Below, piece by piece: positions 1-8,379 of a DNA stretch of 53,346 nt. Below the pieces are notes generated by a model. That model was not told the origin of the DNA and made no database searches. It worked only from the letters and a program-made list of their open reading frames with translations. This stretch comes from a virus (taxonomy: Duplodnaviria > Caudoviricetes), in the IMG/VR virus record IMGVR_UViG_3300037187_000021, positions 1-53,346 of that record; one strand, written 5' to 3'. Positions within the stretch are counted from its first letter, which is position 1. The number at the start of each line of letters is the position of its first letter. The position numbers were made by a program, and so were the translations under genes.

Positions 1-1
1 A

Positions 2-307
2 ACGAGCGGTTATCTTAACAGTGCAGGCGGAGTTACCACCGCCATTGATGTTCTTGGCACGACTATTGGGGGAAGCTCAGACGCAGTTTATGTGCAGGGG
101 ACGGTTAAATTCGCTTCGCCATCCGCATCAAGTTACACTCCCTTTATATCTGACACTGCGTGGGTCTTCACTGGAGGGGTGACTACTGGTCGCACCGCTA
201 TGGGGGGCGTTTGGAATGGAACAACAGCCATAACGGCTATAAAGATTTTCCTTTCAAGCGGAAATATCACCGGCAACTTCCATCTCTACGGCGTGCAAGG
301 AAATTAG
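2..307 (+). CDS. C-terminal part of a tail fibre (5'-truncated), probably the end of the ORF starting at 51741
   Basis: Frame open from base 2 (TSGYLNSAGG...); ends TAITAIKIFLSSGNITGNFHLYGVQGN, a typical fibre-tip beta-domain ending. Confidence 0.75.
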   Translation, partial: TSGYLNSAGGVTTAIDVLGTTIGGSSDAVYVQGTVKFASPSASSYTPFISDTAWVFTGGVTTGRTAMGGVWNGTTAITAIKIFLSSGNITGNFHLYGVQGN

Positions 308-340
308 CAGTGCAGTCTCTCTAACCAAAAGGAGCCTAAC

Positions 341-652
341 ATGAAGAAACTCTCTCTTTTGATCCTCGCTATGATGTTTGCGTTCATGAAGCCGGTGCAT
401 GCGCAGGTTGTTGTTGCCGGAAGCGCAGCGCCGATCACCGCAGCCTTCATCGGCGGCATGGCGGCATTCGCCCTTATGCCTGCCGTGATCGTCGAGTTGC
501 AACCCTATCACGTATGGAACCATGTATTTCCGGTTGTGGAAGAAAGCTACCCCGGTGATAAGCATGTGCCGGTGCAGAATGTTTCGTATCAGGTGCCGAA
601 TTCCGCGAAGTACACCTACGAAGATGAAACTGGCGTGCATTACGTTCACTAA
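341..652 (+). CDS. Hypothetical exported protein
   Basis: Strong RBS AAAAGGAG; signal peptide MKKLSLLILAMMFAFMKPVHA|Q followed by a second hydrophobic stretch. Confidence 0.75.
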   Translation: MKKLSLLILAMMFAFMKPVHAQVVVAGSAAPITAAFIGGMAAFALMPAVIVELQPYHVWNHVFPVVEESYPGDKHVPVQNVSYQVPNSAKYTYEDETGVHYVH

Positions 653-660
653 GCCTTGAG

Positions 661-692
661 AGAAAGGCGGTCGTGTGATCGCCTTTCTTTTT
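661..692 (+). terminator. Intrinsic terminator-like hairpin
   Basis: AGAAAGGCG...CGCCTTTCT stem followed by a T-tract, just after the stop at 652. Confidence 0.6.
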
Positions 693-709
693 CCCGCAGG
701 AGATAATCG

Positions 710-895
710 ATGAAAAAACTTTTTGCTCTTTTCGTCATCATGTTGGTGCTGCTATCGACGCCAGCATGGGCGCAATGGTTTACCGGCTTAAGCCCCTTCG
801 GGAATAACGCCGCGCCGAATCTCAATTTCGCGAATGCAATGGCGGCGGTCGCCAGTATGCAGAAACTCAAGACGGACCTTGGAGGTGCATTGTGA
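710..895 (+). CDS. Small exported protein with a fibre-like C-terminal motif
   Basis: RBS AGGAG; signal peptide ending PAWA|Q; C-terminus NLNF...TDLGGAL; overlaps the start of the next gene. Confidence 0.75.
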   Translation: MKKLFALFVIMLVLLSTPAWAQWFTGLSPFGNNAAPNLNFANAMAAVASMQKLKTDLGGAL

Positions 896-1386
896 TAAAA
901 AGACTTCTCCCTTTCCTGCTGACCCTGCTGTTAGCCTTACCGGCCTTTGGGCAAGCCGTACCGGGAACACCTAACAGCCCTGTCTTCGCGCAAACGCCAA
1001 ACCGCGGCGTGCTGCAATTCACGCATTCGAGCACCGCGACGACCTATGCCACGGCCTACACGGCCGGCGCAAAAGGCTCAAAGATCATGGGCATTTCCAT
1101 GAACAATAATGATGGGTCGGCAACGCATCTTGTCACCTGTCAAATCTTCAACGCTACGGTCGCCTATGGCGGCGTGGCTCTGACGAGCACGGAAAGTGCC
1201 GGTTTCGCGTCGGGCACGAACGGCCAGAGCCTTCTTTCAGCGACGCTCTTCCCCGGCGGCTTTACGGACGCGAACGGCAATTATGCACTGCTGCTTGTCA
1301 ATGGCGATACGCTGCAATGCACGTTTGCCACAACCATCACGTCATCCGACGTGCTGAATATCCTCGTTACCGCCGTCGACTTCTAA
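892..1386 (+). CDS. Exported fibre-associated beta protein (paralog of 4369..4872)
   Basis: Signal peptide ending PAFG|Q; QTPNRGV, ATHLVTCQ, GDTLQCTFAT and terminal DF shared with 4369..4872. Confidence 0.85.
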   Translation: MIKRLLPFLLTLLLALPAFGQAVPGTPNSPVFAQTPNRGVLQFTHSSTATTYATAYTAGAKGSKIMGISMNNNDGSATHLVTCQIFNATVAYGGVALTSTESAGFASGTNGQSLLSATLFPGGFTDANGNYALLLVNGDTLQCTFATTITSSDVLNILVTAVDF

Positions 1387-1401
1387 CCAAAAGGAGCAAC
1401 C

Positions 1402-2016
1402 ATGTTTCAGCACAGCGTACACCACAATCCTATCGACACCGAGGAAGGCCAGATCAAGGCGCTTTCGTTGCAGGCTCACGCCGCGCAGCATCTCCGCAAG
1501 GTGATCGAGAACAAGGACGAGCTCGACAAGCTCACGACAATGCTGGACAATTTCAGCGTCAAGCACGCCGAGACGCTCAAGGCTCTTGAAACGCAAAAAG
1601 AGCAATTGAAGCTGCTGACGGAAACCGGCAAGCAACTGGAAGAGCGCCGCTTGGAAATCCAGAATACGCATGACGAAAATCTGGCTTTCGTCGCCAAGGA
1701 ACACGAAAATCGCATGGCGGAATTCAACGCGCATGTCGAAGAAAAGTATAAGGAAATAAAGGGGTCGGAAGATGCCCTTCGCCGTCACAAGGAAAAATTC
1801 GATGTCGAGATGACGGAGCGGAACGCTGATGCTCTCCGAATCGAAACGGGCCTCAGCGAGCGCGCCGGTTCGCTTGAAACACGCGAAGAAGAGCATCAAA
1901 AGAATGTTGCGAAACTTGCGGAAGATCGCGAGAAGCTTCAGGCCTTCGCTGGCGAATTGTCCGTCCGTCACGAAAAGGTCGCGCATCTTGAAAAGGAATC
2001 TCTTGCCAAGGTGTAA
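1402..2016 (+). CDS. Coiled-coil protein in the tail cluster
   Basis: RBS AAAAGGAG; E/K/L/A-rich heptad character; no signal peptide. Confidence 0.8.
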   Translation: MFQHSVHHNPIDTEEGQIKALSLQAHAAQHLRKVIENKDELDKLTTMLDNFSVKHAETLKALETQKEQLKLLTETGKQLEERRLEIQNTHDENLAFVAKEHENRMAEFNAHVEEKYKEIKGSEDALRRHKEKFDVEMTERNADALRIETGLSERAGSLETREEEHQKNVAKLAEDREKLQAFAGELSVRHEKVAHLEKESLAKV

Positions 2017-2019
2017 TCG

Positions 2020-2361
2020 ATGGGAGCGCCGTTTAACAACAATACCTTCTCGCTCGCGTTCGCCGTTTCGAGCATCAACGGTGCTTTCAGCGTGCGGACG
2101 GTTAATGGCACTGGCAATCTGACGGCGCAGGATAATATCGTTTATGTCGATAATACGTCGGGGGCTGCAATGACGCTTACGCCGCCTGCATCCCCAGCCG
2201 TTGATCAGGTGTTGATCATCAAGGACATCGCGGGAAATGCCGCGACGTACAATATCACTTTCGAAGGCACCGTTGACGGCGTAACCGATCCGGTCATCGG
2301 CTCGAATTATGGCGGCGTGTTCTTGACGTGGAATGGAGTAACTTGGTCGCAGCATGCATAA
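2020..2361 (+). CDS. Small tail-fibre-associated beta-domain protein
   Basis: Pattern VDNTSGAAMTLTPP...IIKDIAGNAATYNIT...TVDG...NYGG...W seen in phage fibre modules; no signal peptide. Confidence 0.75.
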   Translation: MGAPFNNNTFSLAFAVSSINGAFSVRTVNGTGNLTAQDNIVYVDNTSGAAMTLTPPASPAVDQVLIIKDIAGNAATYNITFEGTVDGVTDPVIGSNYGGVFLTWNGVTWSQHA

Positions 2362-4369
2362 AATCATTGCCACCATTGTCCTCTTTCTCGCGCTGATCTG
2401 GTGCCAGACGGCGCATGCCTACGTCAATCCGTATGCTGGATGCGCAACCGATGGATCGCAGGCGCAGATTTATCTTTCGACCAATGTGTGGGAATGCGTC
2501 AATGTTTCGGGAGGAAGTGGTGGAACGATTGATCTCGGCACAGCGGCATCGGCGACGAACCCGCAACGGACAGGCGATGCCAAAACCGGAATCTACTCAG
2601 CGACCGCCGGACATGTGACCGCAGGCGTGAATGTGACAGGCACCGGCACGCTTGCGCTGGATATTTTCAACGGCGGCATCAACATACCGAGCGGATCGGT
2701 TTATGAAATTGCCGGTTCGCAAATCGCGGCGGCGAATCTTTCGAACGGCACAAGCGGAAGTGGCGCGGTCGTTCTGGTGACATCGTCGACGCTTGTTACG
2801 CCCACGCTCGGCGCGGCTACGGCGACCAGCATCAACGGCAACACCTTCACGACCGGCACCTATACGCTGACAGGAACCGCTGCTAAGACGCTCGATTTCA
2901 CCAATACGCTGACACTATCCGGCACCGACAGCACCACGATGACTTTCCCGGCTTCGTCGGCGACCGTCGCGGGCTTGGCGATAGCGGAAACATGGTCTGC
3001 TTTACAAAAATTCACCAATGCGGATTTTGGGCTTTTGGGATCATCGACCGGCTATACGCTGCTCGAAAGCGGCTTGGGAAGCACGAGCAATAATACTTTG
3101 ACGCTCCCGACGACAGCGACAGACACGCTTGCCGCGCTCGGCACGGCGGAGACATGGACAGCCGTTCAATCGATCCACAGCGGCGATCTGGCCCTGAAAG
3201 GCTCATCGAGCGGCGTCACGACGTTGAACGCCAATTCTGCAAGCGGCACCGTGACGGCCACGCTCCCGGCGAATACGGGCATCATATCCGAACTGAATTA
3301 CGCGCAGACGTGGAGCGCGGCGCAGACACACAATAACGGAGATCTTCTCTTGGCCGGTTCGTCGTCCGGCGCGATGACGCTTGAAGCACCTGCGGCGGCA
3401 TCGACCTACGTTATGACCTTCCCGGCTGCGACGGACACTGTTGCCACGCTTGGCTTGGCGCAGACTTTCTCTAATACAATTACGCTCAGCGGCAACGTCA
3501 ATATGTCGGGCCTGACGACAGGCACACAAGTGTCCTGCCTTGGCCTGACAAGCGGGAATGCCGTTGTCGGCTCAGGTTCGGCCTGCGGCTCTGGTAGCGG
3601 CACCATCACCCTCGGCACCAGCGCCGCCGCGACCAACCCCCAGCGCTCCAGCGAGGCGGGGACGGGGTTTTATTCAGCAGCTGACCAGACCGTCAGCGTG
3701 GCGGCGAACGGTATTCAAGCAATGCTGTGGAATACCGTGGGGAGTGGTGTGGACTATGCAACTGTTACTCCTTCTGCTTCAGGAAACCCGGGCAATGTAA
3801 TCATTGGTGCATCTGGCTCTGACTCTAATGTTAATCTTCAGTTGACTACAAAAGGAACAAGCTATGTGATTGTTCCCGGTCCTTTAGTTATTGGCACAAC
3901 TACGCCACAAACCGCGCAGATTACCATCCAAGATAATTCCGGCAATGTCGGGTTTCAGGTGGAGGGAGGGTCTATATACGGGGAGGCTGTTGCTATAAAT
4001 GCTACCGGCGCGTCTGGGGGTAAAAATTGGCAGATGGCGTCATACACTAATAATGCTGGCGAAGGTGGTGGCACATTTTGTATTTCTGTTGCTGGGGGTG
4101 GAAATGATGCGGTTTGCTGGAACTCATCGGGCGTTCAAATGTCGATATCTACTGGACTCATTGGTTGGGGGAGTAGCAGTAGTCAGGTATCTAGTGATGA
4201 CACCGGTCTCTCCCGCGACAGCGCTGGTGTGGTGGACGTAGGAACCGGCGCGCAGGGCAGCAAGGCTGGTAAAATACAGGCCACGGCTTATCAAATCACC
4301 GCATCCGGCAAAGCCAACGTCAACTTCTCAGTTGCAGAATTTATCATGGACAACCTCGGAGGATTATAA
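2354..4369 (+). CDS. Tail fibre-like protein with signal peptide and internal repeats
   Basis: 671 aa, G/S/T/A-rich; signal peptide ending TAHA|Y; about four ~48-aa repeats (T.P..T.T.A.L..A.TW.A.Q...D..L.GSS.G) and two LGT.A.ATNPQR..TG.YSA modules. Confidence 0.85.
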   Translation: MHKIIATIVLFLALIWCQTAHAYVNPYAGCATDGSQAQIYLSTNVWECVNVSGGSGGTIDLGTAASATNPQRTGDAKTGIYSATAGHVTAGVNVTGTGTLALDIFNGGINIPSGSVYEIAGSQIAAANLSNGTSGSGAVVLVTSSTLVTPTLGAATATSINGNTFTTGTYTLTGTAAKTLDFTNTLTLSGTDSTTMTFPASSATVAGLAIAETWSALQKFTNADFGLLGSSTGYTLLESGLGSTSNNTLTLPTTATDTLAALGTAETWTAVQSIHSGDLALKGSSSGVTTLNANSASGTVTATLPANTGIISELNYAQTWSAAQTHNNGDLLLAGSSSGAMTLEAPAAASTYVMTFPAATDTVATLGLAQTFSNTITLSGNVNMSGLTTGTQVSCLGLTSGNAVVGSGSACGSGSGTITLGTSAAATNPQRSSEAGTGFYSAADQTVSVAANGIQAMLWNTVGSGVDYATVTPSASGNPGNVIIGASGSDSNVNLQLTTKGTSYVIVPGPLVIGTTTPQTAQITIQDNSGNVGFQVEGGSIYGEAVAINATGASGGKNWQMASYTNNAGEGGGTFCISVAGGGNDAVCWNSSGVQMSISTGLIGWGSSSSQVSSDDTGLSRDSAGVVDVGTGAQGSKAGKIQATAYQITASGKANVNFSVAEFIMDNLGGL

Positions 4370-4872
4370 TGCGCAGTCTCTTCAAAAAACTCGGCCTACT
4401 CGCGTTCATTTTGTGCCTGATGTTCGCGCCGCCTCTTTACGCAGCGGTCACGGCCAACAGCGCCATAGTGCCACAGACGCCCAATCGCGGTGTGGTGCAA
4501 TTTCTTCAAGGCACCGACAGCGCCGGGACGTACAAAACGCTTTATACGGCGGGTTCGAGCGGAAGTATTATCACGGGCATTTATCTAACGACGAGCGACG
4601 CAACGGCAACGCACCTCGTTACCTGTCAAGTTGTGAATAATGCCGTGAAATATGGGGGCAATGCGGTTACCACCGTGCTTGGAGCAGGATTTACGACTAA
4701 TGTTCCTGCACAAAATTTCATATCGCCGAACGTCTGGCCCGGGTTGCCAATTGATCAAAATGGCAATCCCTATTTATTGCTTATTTCTGGCGATACGCTT
4801 CAGTGCACGTTCGCGACGAACCTGACATCTGCGACCGTGATTAACCTTGTTGCGGTAGCGGCGGACTTCTAA
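4369..4872 (+). CDS. Exported fibre-associated beta protein (paralog of 892..1386)
   Basis: Signal peptide ending PLYA|A; TAATG coupling to the upstream fibre gene. Confidence 0.85.
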   Translation: MRSLFKKLGLLAFILCLMFAPPLYAAVTANSAIVPQTPNRGVVQFLQGTDSAGTYKTLYTAGSSGSIITGIYLTTSDATATHLVTCQVVNNAVKYGGNAVTTVLGAGFTTNVPAQNFISPNVWPGLPIDQNGNPYLLLISGDTLQCTFATNLTSATVINLVAVAADF

Positions 4873-6290
4873 TGAGAAAACTTCCCATCATTTTTCTGTT
4901 GCTGTGCGGGACTGCGCAGGCGCAAAATTTCATTTCTCCCGGCATGAGCGCGCATCATGGTGCGGTTGGGCAAGTGAGCAGCAAGGGCGATAACCTGATC
5001 TGGCAGGATAACTCTCTTTCCCCCGAGGTGGCTTCGGGGCCAAGCCTTGGAGTTGTTGGCAATCTGATCATTGGGGCATCGAATTTTAGGTGGAGCAAGA
5101 ACCTTGACGGTTCAATAGCCGATTTCCCTGACGGGAGCACAAATTTAGCGATTGGCTGGCACGCGCTTAACGCCAACACGCTGGGGGCGGCGAATTTGGG
5201 AATTGGACTGCTTGCGCTTGCGAATAATACCACCGGACAAGATAATGTGGCTCTTGGCGCTATCACGCAAGAATGGAACACGGTTGGCATCAATAATACG
5301 GGCATCGGAACCGGCGCTTTGTGGAATAACGGAACAGGTTCCCATAACGTCGGTGTCGGAAATTACTCCATATCCGGCCCCGGCAGCACGGGTGGCGCTT
5401 CGCCGAGCTACAATGCTGCGCTTGGCGAAAACACCATGCGGGATGCGACCACAGGGGCTGATAACGTAGCGATCGGCTACTCCACGCTTTATACCAGCGG
5501 CACGGGCCAATATAATACCGCCGTAGGTTTTGAGGCTCTGACGGCGGCCACTATTCCATATGAAACTACCGCTCTCGGCTCGCAGACCCTCGCGCAACAA
5601 ACGACAGGCGAATACAATGTTGCCGTCGGCGATGGCGCTGGCTACGCCATGACGACAGGAACGAATAATACTATTTTCGGCCACGGCGTTGGCTCAAGCA
5701 CGCTGGCAACGGGCACTGGCAATATTCTGATCGGGGTTTCGAGCGCCATCGACACGGCGTCCGGCAGCACCGCCAACACGATCAACATCGGGGGCACCGG
5801 AGGTTCGTGGTTTCTTGTTACTGGCACAAACGTGGTCGGCACCGAAGTGGGGACTATGAATGGAAAACTTGTCGAAATCACAACAGCCGCCGGAGTTTCA
5901 CTCTCACTGACGAATAACGCCGAGACATGCACGTTGACGCCCGCCGCCGCCGCCGTGTTCTCATGCGCCTCGGATATTCGCTTAAAACATGACGTTAAGC
6001 CGACGGTCGAGGGTCTGGCTACGTTGCTGGATATTCCGATTATGGATTTCAGACTCAACTCCGATGGTCAACTCTATACCGGCGTTATCGCGCAGGATTT
6101 ACAGAAAGATCATTCTGATATGGTGCATGTGGGTGCTGACGGTTATCTTTCCGCCGATGAGCCGAATCCATGGGTAGTGGTTCGTGCTATTCAGGAATTG
6201 AATGCCAAAATCGAAATGCTGAAATCAGGCAACATGGAATGCGTCGGCTATGCATGGGGCTTCTATCAAAAATGTCACCAGACTCAATAA
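4872..6290 (+). CDS. Trimeric tail fibre/spike with beta-roll repeats and C-terminal peptidase S74 intramolecular chaperone
   Basis: 14-aa N.A.G..AL..NTTG repeats; autocleavage motif S|DIRLKHDV, GVIAQDL and terminal AIQELNAKIEML coil; signal peptide ending TAQA|Q. Confidence 0.88.
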   Translation: MRKLPIIFLLLCGTAQAQNFISPGMSAHHGAVGQVSSKGDNLIWQDNSLSPEVASGPSLGVVGNLIIGASNFRWSKNLDGSIADFPDGSTNLAIGWHALNANTLGAANLGIGLLALANNTTGQDNVALGAITQEWNTVGINNTGIGTGALWNNGTGSHNVGVGNYSISGPGSTGGASPSYNAALGENTMRDATTGADNVAIGYSTLYTSGTGQYNTAVGFEALTAATIPYETTALGSQTLAQQTTGEYNVAVGDGAGYAMTTGTNNTIFGHGVGSSTLATGTGNILIGVSSAIDTASGSTANTINIGGTGGSWFLVTGTNVVGTEVGTMNGKLVEITTAAGVSLSLTNNAETCTLTPAAAAVFSCASDIRLKHDVKPTVEGLATLLDIPIMDFRLNSDGQLYTGVIAQDLQKDHSDMVHVGADGYLSADEPNPWVVVRAIQELNAKIEMLKSGNMECVGYAWGFYQKCHQTQ

Positions 6291-6299
6291 GGAGAAACC

Positions 6300-6620
6300 A
6301 TGGCTATTCAGGTTAATATCAATCAAACGGACGGCGTTGTTGCAACCTATCATGTGATTGCGAATATAAACATTGCGCCTAATAATCCGGTAATGGCGGC
6401 GGGATCGACTGCAAGTTTTTTCTTAAGCAGTTATCTTTCTTCAGCGGCCTATCAAGCCGGAGATGCGCCGATAACACAGATGCAGGTTAATGTTTCGGGC
6501 CTTTTGGCCTCGACATGGCCGACGCCGTCCGGCTCGTTTATCTCGCAACTTATCCCTATTCTGGAAAACTACGCCATCAACAATGTCGCGGGCTTTAGCG
6601 GCGGAACGATTGTGAGTTAA
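6300..6620 (+). CDS. Hypothetical protein, possible fibre assembly factor
   Basis: RBS AAGGAG; directly follows the S74 fibre; no signal peptide. Confidence 0.7.
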   Translation: MAIQVNINQTDGVVATYHVIANINIAPNNPVMAAGSTASFFLSSYLSSAAYQAGDAPITQMQVNVSGLLASTWPTPSGSFISQLIPILENYAINNVAGFSGGTIVS

Positions 6621-6621
6621 A

Positions 6622-6891
6622 ATGAAATATCTTGCCCTCTTGCTTGTGCTTTTCCCCGTTGCCGCTTATGCCGCGCCGTGGCGCGAATGCCCACGCGAGG
6701 CAAAGGACTATGCCGCCTGTGACGCGCAGCGCGAAGTAGATAACAAGACTATTGAATATAGCCGGAGCGCACTGGACTACCTGTCGGCGCAGAAGAACGG
6801 TGCGAGTAATCTTCCGCGCCTGAAAAGCCAGATGCAACATCGCAAAAAAGAACTAGATGATGCCGTAGCGCATCAGAAGCAGGTTAAATGA
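6622..6891 (+). CDS. Small exported helical protein
   Basis: Signal peptide MKYLALLLVLFPVAAYA|A; one Cys pair. Confidence 0.7.
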   Translation: MKYLALLLVLFPVAAYAAPWRECPREAKDYAACDAQREVDNKTIEYSRSALDYLSAQKNGASNLPRLKSQMQHRKKELDDAVAHQKQVK

Positions 6892-7118
6892 CCGAAGACG
6901 AGCACTATATCCGCGATATCGTTATCCGAACGGAAACGAAAATCGACAATCACATTACGGAAGACATGCGTATACACGAGGCCATTTTCAGGGCCTTTGA
7001 AGTCATACGCGCCGACCTAAAAAAACAGAACTGGATTCTGGCGCTCATCATCGGGGGCTTTATAGCCCTTAGCAAACTGCCTGATTTGCTATCGGTTGTT
7101 CACGCGGCAACGAGATGA
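6888..7118 (+). CDS. Membrane protein, holin/antiholin candidate
   Basis: Coiled N-terminus plus one C-terminal TM segment (WILALIIGGFIAL); lies between tail and lysis genes. Confidence 0.6.
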   Translation: MTEDEHYIRDIVIRTETKIDNHITEDMRIHEAIFRAFEVIRADLKKQNWILALIIGGFIALSKLPDLLSVVHAATR

Positions 7119-7158
7119 AGCATGCTTTCCGCCGTTTGGCTGAAATCTGCAAAAGGAA

Positions 7159-7187
7159 TTGCAAAAACCTGTGTTTTAATGTACAAT
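7159..7187 (+). promoter_or_regulatory. Sigma70-type promoter
   Basis: TTGCAA-17 bp-TACAAT upstream of 7225. Confidence 0.65.
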
Positions 7188-7224
7188 TGATGCACGCCTC
7201 TCGGTTGCCAAGGTTAAACTTCCC

Positions 7225-7425
7225 ATGAGCGAGAAACTGACCCAACAGGAATTACACGAATGGGAGCGGGACTGGAATTTCCGCAGATGGGAAGATGATT
7301 TATTCAAAAAAGAAGTTATATTCGTTGAGGATCAGAAAGCCAAAACCACCGCGAAAATCAAGATAAAAGAGCTTATCGACGGCCCCTGTCCCGGTCGTAA
7401 ACTGTTAGCGGCGCCACGGCCATGA
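7225..7425 (+). CDS. Hypothetical protein
   Basis: Downstream of the promoter; ATGA coupling to the next ORF. Confidence 0.55.
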   Translation: MSEKLTQQELHEWERDWNFRRWEDDLFKKEVIFVEDQKAKTTAKIKIKELIDGPCPGRKLLAAPRP

Positions 7426-7697
7426 GCGCTCACACCCTCTCCCGCGAGGATCACTACCGCTCCGTCATCCGCGAACTGTGCCGTCATCTCCGCGCCGTGA
7501 TCGCTATGAACGCAACGTATCATGAAAAGGATTTGATACAGGAGAAAGTAGCCGTCGCCCGCGCCGAGAAGCTGCTCGGCCCGGTTCAATCCTTCCCGTT
7601 CAACACGCATTCTACGGTACCGGTCAAGCCGATCCCGATTGACCTGATTAAACGCATGAAAGCGCATCCCGCGATGCGCTGGGAGCAACCGGAATGA
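7422..7697 (+). CDS. Hypothetical protein
   Basis: ATGA overlaps on both sides. Confidence 0.6.
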   Translation: MSAHTLSREDHYRSVIRELCRHLRAVIAMNATYHEKDLIQEKVAVARAEKLLGPVQSFPFNTHSTVPVKPIPIDLIKRMKAHPAMRWEQPE

Positions 7698-8176
7698 AAC
7701 CCGAATGGAAATCCTCGCTTGCCTTTTCTGCGGCCATCGTCTCGCTTGCCAGCTTCGGCTTTGCCGGACGGCACGCCATCGCCCCGAAGACAATCGTGTC
7801 TCCCTGCGCCTATCTTATCCAGTCGTGGCCCGTGGTCTTGCAAGACGACGTGCTGGGGAAGTATCCGGTCGAAGTCGGCAGCTCGACGCTGGTGTTTAAC
7901 TATCCCCGCCAGCAAGCCTGTTTTTACTTCCATGGCAACGCGGGGATCGGCGTTACCATGAACCCGGAGAAAAAATGCGTCGATATGCTCAAGCCCACGA
8001 CAAAGACTTTTTACGTCAGAATCACCTACGCGGACGGCCAGAAACGCATCATGGACATCAACCGGGAAGACCTCGCGGAGCGCTGGAAAGCCGCCCGGAG
8101 AGACTGCGAATCCCCCGGCATCATCCCGCCGCCCGTCAAAAGGCCCTACAATATGACAAGGCTTGAACTCCAATGA
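7694..8176 (+). CDS. Hypothetical exported or membrane-anchored protein
   Basis: N-terminal hydrophobic segment, four Cys; coupled to both neighbours. Confidence 0.65.
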   Translation: MKPEWKSSLAFSAAIVSLASFGFAGRHAIAPKTIVSPCAYLIQSWPVVLQDDVLGKYPVEVGSSTLVFNYPRQQACFYFHGNAGIGVTMNPEKKCVDMLKPTTKTFYVRITYADGQKRIMDINREDLAERWKAARRDCESPGIIPPPVKRPYNMTRLELQ

Positions 8177-8370
8177 TGGATAAAACCCCCGGAAATAATA
8201 AGGCTATGGCCGCCGGGATGGTGGGTTCTTTCGCGTTGATATTGAGCTGGGCATGGGATATCCTCGTTCCCGCCCACCCCATGCCCGCCGAGGTGGGTAT
8301 AGCCATCAGCAGCCTTCTATCGACGCTCGCTGTGTATGTCGTTCCTCACGGCGGAAACCCTTCAACCTAG
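8173..8370 (+). CDS. Putative holin
   Basis: 65 aa with two TM segments and a dual Met start, upstream of the endolysin. Confidence 0.65.
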   Translation: MMDKTPGNNKAMAAGMVGSFALILSWAWDILVPAHPMPAEVGIAISSLLSTLAVYVVPHGGNPST

Positions 8371-8379
8371 GAGTTTAAA

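Noticed and set aside
1-6290. Diversity-generating retroelement acting on the fibres
   Set aside because: No reverse transcriptase and no template/variable repeat pair seen
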